Part shown: piece after piece, positions 1-6,701 of the stretch
Numbering within the stretch: the first letter of the stretch is position 1
How the letters are laid out: the number at the start of each line of letters is the position of its first letter
DNA from: Methanotrichaceae archaeon
GTDB lineage: Archaea; Halobacteriota; Methanosarcinia; Methanotrichales; Methanotrichaceae
Reading direction: 5' to 3'
Length of the DNA stretch: 12,207 nt
Assembly: GCA_963748825.1 (NCBI GenBank)
Contig: CAVVKN010000016.1
Span: 1 to 12,207 of the forward strand
Translations under genes and position numbers: made by a program
The notes under the pieces: model-generated
Told to the model about the DNA's origin: nothing
The model's input: the letters and a program-made list of their open reading frames with translations, nothing else
Database searches by the model: none

Positions 1-206
1 TGGCTTGAGCCAGGGACTGAAATAGCGTGTGGTTATATTCCGTAACCGAGCGAGCTTATTAATCGCGAGCAAAGCTTAAGCCCATGGACGGCAGAGCGAA
101 AAAAGGATAGAATTCCTGAGCGTGCACCCCTCCCCAACGGAAAGCGAGGCGGTAGTAGTATGACCCGAGCAATACCAAAAGCCCGGGTGATACTGAGCAA
201 CTAAAG

Positions 207-215
207 CTTTTTAAT
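207..215 (+). promoter_or_regulatory. Putative TATA box for the 240..1118 gene (probably leaderless mRNA)
   Basis: CTTTTTAAT preceded by AAAG about 25-33 nt upstream of ATG 240; no SD motif before the ATG. Confidence 0.5.
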
Positions 216-239
216 CTCTCCTTAGCATTTACTTAATCT

Positions 240-1118
240 ATGTTCTATCTTGGAGAATATGACGAAGAGACGGCCAAAGAGATCAAGGACTATCTAGATG
301 AAGCCGGTCTCAAGGTGGAGACTAGATCCTGCCTGGTGATGGAAGAAGAGACAACTTACACAATCAAGGACAATCTGAGCGCCGTCAAAGAGCTGATGAT
401 GGAGGATATCGAACAGTTCGAGCGATATTTGTCGGCACTAAGGAGCGTCCTGCCCCAGGCCACGACCGAAAATTTCGAGGACCTTTTCTTAAAAGAGCTG
501 GATCCGCTCATGATGGAGAAGAGAGACAAGATCATGGCGCTGTCCGAAAATCCGGAAAGCCTCTCCCTTGAAGATAGGGATGCTCTGAAATTCGGGTCCG
601 ACGAGTGGATGAACAACGCCCTCTCCATCTCAAAAGCCCGCACTTTTGCCGGGATGATCTTTTCTCTAAACGACATAAAGATCGGCGAGCCTCTAGAAAA
701 TAAGCTGGACGATCCAGTTATCGAGATAACGGTCGATCCGGATGACTATGAAGCCAGGCCGGAGCAGATGAAATGCGATATTGATTGTTATCTGGAGAAG
801 TCCGTCAATATCTTTGTCGATGAGTTTACCACCCCTCTTACCAGCGATCTGAATGACGAGTTTTGGGATGAATATCCCTCGGAAGCCCAGCGCCTTAAGG
901 TACTGGGATTGCTGATTGAAAAGCTGGCCACCTCGCCCGCTTCCCGCAAGATGGATTTTGCGCAGTTTGCCGAAGAATGCACCATGACTTTAGAGGATGA
1001 GAGCAGCGTTCTGAACGTTTATGGCGAAGATGTGGCCGAGGAGCTGGCCAGAGTGCTGGAGAAGAGCGGAGTCGTAAAGTGGAAGGGAGACAAGCTCAAG
1101 TGGAAGAGCAATAATTGA
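240..1118 (+). CDS. Acidic hypothetical protein (292 aa), possible C-terminal winged helix-turn-helix
   Basis: Long ORF with ATG start, very Glu/Asp-rich, T-rich terminator downstream; C-terminus EDVAEELARVLEKSGVVKWKGDKLKW resembles a recognition helix plus wing. Confidence 0.85.
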   Translation: MFYLGEYDEETAKEIKDYLDEAGLKVETRSCLVMEEETTYTIKDNLSAVKELMMEDIEQFERYLSALRSVLPQATTENFEDLFLKELDPLMMEKRDKIMALSENPESLSLEDRDALKFGSDEWMNNALSISKARTFAGMIFSLNDIKIGEPLENKLDDPVIEITVDPDDYEARPEQMKCDIDCYLEKSVNIFVDEFTTPLTSDLNDEFWDEYPSEAQRLKVLGLLIEKLATSPASRKMDFAQFAEECTMTLEDESSVLNVYGEDVAEELARVLEKSGVVKWKGDKLKWKSNN

Positions 1119-1148
1119 TTGGGCTTGCCCTCTTATGCCACCTGCGCA

Positions 1149-1163
1149 TTTTTTATCTTTTTT
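1149..1163 (+). terminator. Archaeal oligo-T terminator
   Basis: TTTTTTATCTTTTTT 30 nt after the stop at 1118. Confidence 0.55.
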
Positions 1164-1175
1164 GTGGGAGAGGGA

Positions 1176-1246
1176 CTTTATAAGCCATTTATAAGCACTT
1201 TATAAATCTTAAATACTCATGTTTATATACCCCCAGTTTATAAGGG
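1176..1246 (+). promoter_or_regulatory. tbp promoter region with an array of TATA boxes
   Basis: TTTATAA at 1177, 1188, 1199 and 1237; TTAAATA at 1209; TTTATATA at 1222. Confidence 0.7.
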
Positions 1247-1267
1247 ATAATCCGGAGATACTTGAGT

Positions 1268-1819
1268 ATGGAGTCCACAATTAATATTGAGAACGTGGTG
1301 GCATCTACCAAGCTGGCGGAAGCTTTCGACCTGCACAAGATCGAGGCCGAATTGGAGGGCGCCGAGTATAACAAGGAGAAGTTTCCCGGACTCGTCTACA
1401 GGGTCAAAGCCCCCAGAGCAGCTTTTCTTATATTCACTTCCGGCAAGGTGGTATGCACCGGAGCCAAGAACGTCGAGGATGTTCGCACGGTCATAACCAA
1501 TATGGCCAAGACACTCAAGTCCATAGGCTTCGAGAACATCGATCTGGAACCTGAGATCCACGTTCAGAACATTGTGGCCTCCGCAGATCTGAAGACGGAC
1601 TTGAACTTAAACGCCATTGCTCTGGGCCTGGGCCTGGAAAACATCGAGTACGAACCGGAGCAGTTTCCCGGCCTGGTCTACAGGATCAAGGTGCCCAAAG
1701 TGGTAGTGCTCATCTTCAGCTCCGGAAAACTGGTTGTGACGGGCGGCAAATCGCCAGCGGAGTGCGAGGAAGGCGTGCGCATCGTCCGGATGCAGCTGGA
1801 GAATATGGGGCTGCTTTAG
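1268..1819 (+). CDS. tbp: TATA-box-binding protein (183 aa)
   Basis: Two TBP repeats (NIENVVAS...[13 protein letters not shown]...[14 protein letters not shown] / VQNIVAS...[13 protein letters not shown]...[14 protein letters not shown]); ATG 1268 preferred over TTG 1262; GGAG at 1254-1257. Confidence 0.98.
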   Translation: MESTINIENVVASTKLAEAFDLHKIEAELEGAEYNKEKFPGLVYRVKAPRAAFLIFTSGKVVCTGAKNVEDVRTVITNMAKTLKSIGFENIDLEPEIHVQNIVASADLKTDLNLNAIALGLGLENIEYEPEQFPGLVYRIKVPKVVVLIFSSGKLVVTGGKSPAECEEGVRIVRMQLENMGLL

Positions 1820-1820
1820 A

Positions 1821-1830
1821 TCTTTTTTTC
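1821..1830 (+). terminator. Oligo-T terminator of tbp
   Basis: TCTTTTTTTC directly after TAG. Confidence 0.6.
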
Positions 1831-1889
1831 TATAAAATCCACTTGGAATATATAAATCACTGACAAAAAAATATTTAAAGTCAGAACGC

Positions 1890-1905
1890 TAATTAAGCTT
1901 AATTA
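1890..1905. promoter_or_regulatory. Perfect 16-bp palindrome, putative operator
   Basis: TAATTAAGCTTAATTA is its own reverse complement; lies just downstream of a BRE/TATA-like AAAAAAATATTTAAAG (1865-1880). Confidence 0.45.
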
Positions 1906-1925
1906 AAGATAATGAAGGTGGGACT

Positions 1926-2066
1926 TTGTCTGACGTTAGCGAGCAGAAAGATGCAACTGCATTTGTGGATGGACTATTGAAAAGCAAATACTCCGACCTG
2001 ATCATTCTCTCGACAGTGATCCTGACCTTCTTGATTCTGATAATCGTATCTGCCACGTTAACATAA
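1926..2066 (+). CDS. Small (46 aa) tail-anchored membrane protein, not in ORF track
   Basis: TTG start after GAAGGTG SD (1914-1920); MSDVSEQKDATAFVDGLLKSKYSDLIILSTVILTFLILIIVSATLT*; hydrophobic C-terminal ~22 aa; stop overlaps the hisS 3' end. Confidence 0.6.
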   Translation: MSDVSEQKDATAFVDGLLKSKYSDLIILSTVILTFLILIIVSATLT

Positions 2067-3410
2067 TCCTTGAAAATGCTCTTTTAGCCTTTCCTCAATC
2101 TCCGCCAAGCTCAGGCTCTCCTGTGCCCCTCCGGACATATCGCGCAATGTGAGCTTGCCGGCATCCAGCTCGTCCTTGCCCACGATTACCACATAATTAG
2201 CGCCCGCACTGGCAGCTGCTTTGAGCTGGGCGCCCAAACTCCGGCCCATGACATCTATTACCAGAGGAACGCTTTTTCGAAGCACTCTGGCAATTTTCGT
2301 TGCCTGCACCTTGACATCAGGGGTAAAGGCTAAAAATACAGGCGATGTGCGCGACTGTTCCATCTGCACGACTTCCATGATGCGGTCAAAGCCCAGGCCG
2401 AAGCCTGTGGAAGAGGTCTCCTTGCCCCCGAAGAGGCTGGCCAGCTCGTAAGTTCCGCCGCCGCAGATCTGGCGCTGCGCGCCGAGGCCCTCAGCATAGA
2501 TCTCAAAGACAGTGCCGGAGTAGTACTCCAGGCCGCGCACGATCTCAAAGTCAATGGTGAAGTCGACTCCATAGGCGTCCAGAAGATCCACCGTCTCTTG
2601 GAATTCCTCCAGCCGCAGCTCGGCGCTTACCGCCCGCCCCTGGCGCGCTGAGCTGCGACCTTCTGTGGACGGAGCAACACCCGCGATCTCGCTCGCTGGA
2701 GCGGGCTCTCCGGCCGGAACAACATGCTCCATTTCCCGGACGATCTCGGCTGCCTTGTCCAGGGCAGGCTGCCCCTTCAGATCAATCAGCTCCAGCAGGC
2801 CGAGATGGCTCTGCCCGATATCCTCTAGGAGTACGGCGAGAGCTGAGCGCTCCTTCTTATCGATCATCCTCATGACCGTGGACCGGTGTTCCGTTCCGAT
2901 CTTGCCCAGAATGGACCGGATCAGCCCCAGGTAGCCGATGTGAATATCTCCGGCCACGCCCACGCTCCTCAGCATGCCGTCCGCGAGAGCTATGGCCTCC
3001 GCCTCAGAATCGGGCTTGGCGCCGCCTATGAGCTCTGCGCCCATCTGCCAGAACTCCCGAAAGCGCCCCCTCTGCGGCCGCTCGTAGCGAAAACAGTTGC
3101 CGAAATACCAGAGCCTCTGTGGCTTGGGGGAATTTTGCAGCTCGGAGACGTACATGCGCATCACGGGAGCTGTCAGCTCCGGGCGCAGGGCGAGATCGCG
3201 CCCACCCTTATCCGTGAAGCTGTAGATCTCCTCTACCACGGATGCGCCCGATTTTATGGTGAATAGCTCGAGATGCTCAAAAGTGGGGGTAGCTACCTCC
3301 TGGTATCCCCAGCGCTCTAATACATCCTGCATGGCCTTCTTGGCCCGGCCCCTTTTCTCTGTCTCCTCAGGGAGGAAATCCCTGGTGCCTCTCGGTCTCT
3401 GGATGGTCAT
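2058..3410 (-). CDS. hisS: Histidine--tRNA ligase
   Basis: PRGTRDFLP, LRPELTAP, motif 2 FRYERPQRGRFREFWQ, VRGLEYYSG, GGGTY, motif 3 GFGLGFDRI, C-terminal anticodon-binding domain. Confidence 0.98.
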   Translation of the reverse strand: MTIQRPRGTRDFLPEETEKRGRAKKAMQDVLERWGYQEVATPTFEHLELFTIKSGASVVEEIYSFTDKGGRDLALRPELTAPVMRMYVSELQNSPKPQRLWYFGNCFRYERPQRGRFREFWQMGAELIGGAKPDSEAEAIALADGMLRSVGVAGDIHIGYLGLIRSILGKIGTEHRSTVMRMIDKKERSALAVLLEDIGQSHLGLLELIDLKGQPALDKAAEIVREMEHVVPAGEPAPASEIAGVAPSTEGRSSARQGRAVSAELRLEEFQETVDLLDAYGVDFTIDFEIVRGLEYYSGTVFEIYAEGLGAQRQICGGGTYELASLFGGKETSSTGFGLGFDRIMEVVQMEQSRTSPVFLAFTPDVKVQATKIARVLRKSVPLVIDVMGRSLGAQLKAAASAGANYVVIVGKDELDAGKLTLRDMSGGAQESLSLAEIEERLKEHFQGLC

Positions 3411-3530
3411 ATCGGCAGAAGGAATGAAACAAAATGCCCTTATAGTTTGTGATGGCCCCGCGTCGAATCCGAAAGCCGCAAATAAAGATTACATCCACCA
3501 AAAATTAATAATTTTGGCCTTCTAGAAATC

Positions 3531-4274
3531 TCATTTGAGCTTTTCCTCGACTTCCGGGGAGCAAACAATGACCTGAACAGGTTTTATAATTATATTAGAG
3601 GTTGCTATGGCACTACCACCTTTTACAGTGTTTATGGCCTTGGTAGATATGCCACTAACTTCTATGTCCAGGTAATTTCTGGCCGACTCAGTCCCGAGGT
3701 AGCCATATTTTTTGCCGCCAGCAGCATTATCTCCTATGGCCGAGTCAAAGGCATTGTCAACTAATTGCTCAATGCCATTATCTTCAGATATTTCATCCGG
3801 CCTTTCATTTCTCGACTCATTTTCACTTCCAATAATCCCTATGTATAGATCATTGGTCAAGCCCAAATTTTCAGGATCACCATTCTGAGAATCTTCATAG
3901 ATCAGATCTCTTTTTTTGACTGTATTCACCGCGGACAAATCATTCAATCGCACCTCTGAGTGGGATTGATTCATGAGGATCTCTTCATTTGAAGGGGAGG
4001 GATGTGGCATAATAAATTTAATTTGTTTAGGCAAAGGAATCGAGGTTTTTCGCGAAGCCCATGGGAATGTGATCGTTTCGTTAGCAAGCTGAAGCTGGCC
4101 AAGTGTCGGCTTTTCTTGAGAGTGAATTAAATTAGAATGAGAATTTTTAATTCTATTGAGGCTGTCTTGTGCATTTGATAGCGGCTCAGCTACAGCCAAA
4201 CTCAAAATCATAAAAACGCATACGAAAATTAGCCCCACCAGCATTGCGCTGGTGGGCTTGAGCAAATCTTTCAT
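3531..4274 (-). CDS. Secreted hypothetical protein L1 (247 aa), paralog of 4882..5562
   Basis: N-terminal signal peptide; C-terminus GGSAIATSNIIIKPVQVIVCSPEVEEKLK nearly identical to that of L2. Confidence 0.85.
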   Translation of the reverse strand: MKDLLKPTSAMLVGLIFVCVFMILSLAVAEPLSNAQDSLNRIKNSHSNLIHSQEKPTLGQLQLANETITFPWASRKTSIPLPKQIKFIMPHPSPSNEEILMNQSHSEVRLNDLSAVNTVKKRDLIYEDSQNGDPENLGLTNDLYIGIIGSENESRNERPDEISEDNGIEQLVDNAFDSAIGDNAAGGKKYGYLGTESARNYLDIEVSGISTKAINTVKGGSAIATSNIIIKPVQVIVCSPEVEEKLK

Positions 4275-4275
4275 T

Positions 4276-4304
4276 TAAGCCATCTCGAGTGCTGAAAGCT
4301 CGAA
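4276..4304 (-). promoter_or_regulatory. Hairpin in the 31-nt S1-L1 spacer
   Basis: UUCGAG/CUCGAG stem with a 9-nt loop; equivalent stem in the S2-L2 spacer. Confidence 0.5.
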
Positions 4305-4305
4305 T

Positions 4306-4713
4306 TTACTCCTGGTTGGTCACTATCTTGATATTGTTAGTGGCTGTTGCGAAACCGAAGGCCATGGCCGTTCTATCTCCTACCTTGATATCCTCATAGT
4401 TTACCTTTATGCAGCAATCGTGGCAGGATTCAGAATTCTCCTCAGTTACCGGACAGCAATCACATTCTCCAGAATTCTGGTTTTTCTTAATTTCCAGATT
4501 GTTGGTCGCTGTGGCGAAAGGATCCACGTACCCAAAGGCCATCGCCTTATCATTTCCTATTACTAATTTGTCGAAGTTAGTGTCTGCAGTCGCAGGGAAT
4601 TTTAAAGCAGCATCCTGAGTCTCAAATATCCCACCCCCGAGAACGTTCAATGCACCAGCTGTGGAAAGAGCGGATAGCAATGCCACAACAAATAACGCCA
4701 CTATTTTTCTAAT
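4306..4713 (-). CDS. Small secreted two-repeat Cys-rich protein S1 (135 aa from ATT; track start GTG 4701)
   Basis: SD GAGGTGA (4724-4718) followed 4 nt later by ATT-AGA-AAA-ATA-GTG, giving signal peptide MRKIVALFVVALLSALSTAGA; two internal repeats ending ATATNNxxIxxNQ; linker CDCC...CHDCC. Confidence 0.85.
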   Translation of the reverse strand: MRKIVALFVVALLSALSTAGALNVLGGGIFETQDAALKFPATADTNFDKLVIGNDKAMAFGYVDPFATATNNLEIKKNQNSGECDCCPVTEENSESCHDCCIKVNYEDIKVGDRTAMAFGFATATNNIKIVTNQE

Positions 4714-4881
4714 TATATCACCTCAATATAGAATGTTCACTATTAAAAATACTTATAATTTTCGGTAAGATATATTAGTAACATAGATACTATTCGCCGT
4801 TAAGATGCCTAGCAGTAAAATTATAAATTTATACCGAGCAATCGCAAAAAATTGTTATGCTTGAAGAGGATTAAAGAATGC

Positions 4882-5562
4882 TCATTTGAGCTTCTCTTCA
4901 ACCTCAGAAGGACAGATGATGATCTGCACAGGTTTTATAATTATATTGGATGTGGCCACGGCACTGCCTCCCTGCACGGTATTAACGGCGCTGACAGAGA
5001 TACCGGCAACGTCGATGTTCAAATTGTTGCCGATAGGCTGTAATTGTGTACTTTCTCTTGCCATTTGGCCAGTTTTTTCCTCATTTTTCAGGCTGGAATT
5101 CAAAGCGTTATCAACAATTTCATCTATATGGTCATCTTCCCACCTTTCGCCTGGCCAGGTCTTCTTCGCCTTCTCTTGGCCAGTGACAGCTACATCCAGG
5201 AAATTGGCAATTCCCCGTGCTTCTGGATCCCCATACTGCTCGCCATCGTAAATGATATCTCTCTCTTTTGCAGAATTCACAACCTTCAGATCCGATACCT
5301 GCTCCGTTGAGTGAGACTCATTCAGGGCAATCTTTTCTTCCGAGGGCGAAAAGCCATACAGAAGGCCGGAAGTAGTAGGTGGTCTTACCAACCATTCGCG
5401 AGGATTATGGTTGAAAGGGCCGGATCGTGACTCTTTCAGCTCTTTTTGTAAATCAGGCAAACCAGGCGACAGCTCAGACGCGGCCACATTTAGCGAAATA
5501 AGAAGACAAATAAAAACGGCCCCCACCAGCAGACGGCTAGTGGGTTCTAGTATTTTTTCCAT
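4882..5562 (-). CDS. Secreted hypothetical protein L2 (226 aa), paralog of 3531..4274
   Basis: Start moved to ATG 5562: MEKILEPTSRLLVG aligns with L1 MKDLLKPTSAMLVG, has GAGGGA upstream and gives the same 31-nt spacer; signal peptide; conserved C-terminus. Confidence 0.85.
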   Translation of the reverse strand: MEKILEPTSRLLVGAVFICLLISLNVAASELSPGLPDLQKELKESRSGPFNHNPREWLVRPPTTSGLLYGFSPSEEKIALNESHSTEQVSDLKVVNSAKERDIIYDGEQYGDPEARGIANFLDVAVTGQEKAKKTWPGERWEDDHIDEIVDNALNSSLKNEEKTGQMARESTQLQPIGNNLNIDVAGISVSAVNTVQGGSAVATSNIIIKPVQIIICPSEVEEKLK

Positions 5563-5563
5563 T

Positions 5564-5593
5564 GTTTCATCCCTCGGGCTCATTGCCCCGAAG
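5564..5593 (-). promoter_or_regulatory. Hairpin in the 31-nt S2-L2 spacer
   Basis: CUUCGGG/CCCGAGG 7-bp stem overlapping the GAGG SD-like sequence of L2. Confidence 0.5.
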
Positions 5594-6082
5594 TTACTGC
5601 TGGTTGGTCACAATCTCAATGTCGTTGGTCGCAGAGACACCGCCAGTATTGAAGGACGCTCCAAAGATAGTCCCTCCAACGCCAGCACCAATTGCCAACG
5701 CATTTCTATTGCCGACTCTGATCTGCTCGATGTTATACTTGGGACTGCAGGCGGAGCATGTCTGGCTGTCGCCGGTATCCTGGTTCTTCTTGATCTTCAG
5801 ATGGTTGGTTGCAGTTACAGTTCCTGTATTGACACCCAGAATTCCGATCCCCGGGCCTACTCCGGCGCCTATTGCCCGGGCTAGATCATTTCCAACATCA
5901 ATCGAGTCGTAGTTCGTGTTGACTGCGGCAGGGAACTTGAATGCGCCCGCTCCGGTCTCAAATATGCCCTGACCGAGGATGTCCACGCCGCCGCTTCCTA
6001 TCATTGCCGACTGAGCCAAGGCAGGAGCCGCAAATGCAGCCAATGCCATAGCCAGCACAAAGAACATTGCTACTATTTTAAT
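5594..6082 (-). CDS. Small secreted two-repeat Gly-rich protein S2 (162 aa from ATT; track start ATG 6067)
   Basis: SD GGGGTGA (6093-6087) followed 4 nt later by ATT-AAA-ATA-GTA-GCA-ATG, giving MKIVAMFFVLAMALAAFAAPALA; shares GIFET...KFPA and both repeats with S1; CSAC linker. Confidence 0.85.
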   Translation of the reverse strand: MKIVAMFFVLAMALAAFAAPALAQSAMIGSGGVDILGQGIFETGAGAFKFPAAVNTNYDSIDVGNDLARAIGAGVGPGIGILGVNTGTVTATNHLKIKKNQDTGDSQTCSACSPKYNIEQIRVGNRNALAIGAGVGGTIFGASFNTGGVSATNDIEIVTNQQ

Positions 6083-6130
6083 AATATCACCCCATTAACC
6101 CTTTTAGGTTGTACTTAACTAAGTTTCAAT

Positions 6131-6147
6131 TATATATATACTTTTTG
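6131..6147 (-). promoter_or_regulatory. BRE/TATA promoter for the S2-L2 cassette
   Basis: Minus strand CAAAAAGTATATATATA about 50 nt upstream of the ATT start. Confidence 0.6.
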
Positions 6148-6635
6148 GTGTTTTTTACTGGGAAATCATAGATTTATAGAAATATTCTGGTCGAGAAATT
6201 TTGCATGCAATATGCATTGCCGATAATACGATAGATACTCACAAATACCGAAATGCAGCAAACATAAAGGCCCATCAAAATAATATTAGTTAAAAATTTG
6301 TATAAATAAAAAGATCATGAAAAGCAAAATAAACCAGATAAGTGGACAAGGGCTCGATCTTATCCCGTTTGCAGTAGAGACGTCGAGGCGGTCGGAAAAG
6401 TAAACAATTTTTACAAATTTTACTTAATGTCAGTCAATAATTCATTTGCACTCGAGAGATACGTCTTCATGATACTGAAACAGATAGAAGATGCCGGTTT
6501 TGCCAAAGGGAATCAATATGTGGGTGCCACACACATTATATCAAACATTGCAGTTCCCGGAACCATTGGCTTAATAATTGGCGGCCCTGTTTAGGTACAA
6601 TCAGAAATTGGAAGTAGGGTGGCAGGCGATGTTAT

Positions 6636-6701
6636 GGCGAGCGTACTGGTAATCTTCGGGCTATGCCAGCTAGTACAAATGCCTAACGAAGTTGGTTTTC
6701 T
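6636..6701 (+). repeat. Dispersed ~65-bp repeat, copy A
   Basis: Aligns to 12139-12202 with 53 identities in 67 columns by manual count; core TACTGGTAATCTT(A)CGGGCT. Confidence 0.7.

Noticed and set aside
1-45. Possible 3' end of a CDS (WLEPGTEIACGYIP*)
   Set aside because: Only 14 codons visible; cannot be told from chance
46-200. RNase P or SRP RNA
   Set aside because: Lacks the GAGGAAAGUCC / ACAGAA...GCUUA RNase P motifs and the SRP helix 8 motif on either strand
1176-1246. CRISPR-like repeat array
   Set aside because: Repeats are 7-11 bp TATA motifs with no spacers and no cas genes
1912-1980. 22-aa ATG ORF MKVGLCLTLASRKMQLHLWMDY
   Set aside because: No SD; overlaps the better-supported TTG membrane-protein ORF
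2617-2729. Intein in HisRS
   Set aside because: Too short and lacks the C-terminal His-Asn splice motif
356-3525. Antisense and overlapping ORFs within the hypothetical gene, tbp and hisS (likewise those within S/L, apgM and the 10093-12133 genes)
   Set aside because: Shadow frames of well-supported genes with no independent signals
5563-5583. Upstream ATG 5583 as the start of L2
   Set aside because: Paralog alignment, SD position and the matching 31-nt spacer favour ATG 5562
6201-6425. Short palindromes TTGCATGCAA (6201-6210) and AAGTAAA...TTTACTT (6398-6425)
   Set aside because: Expected by chance in AT-rich intergenic DNA; no supporting context
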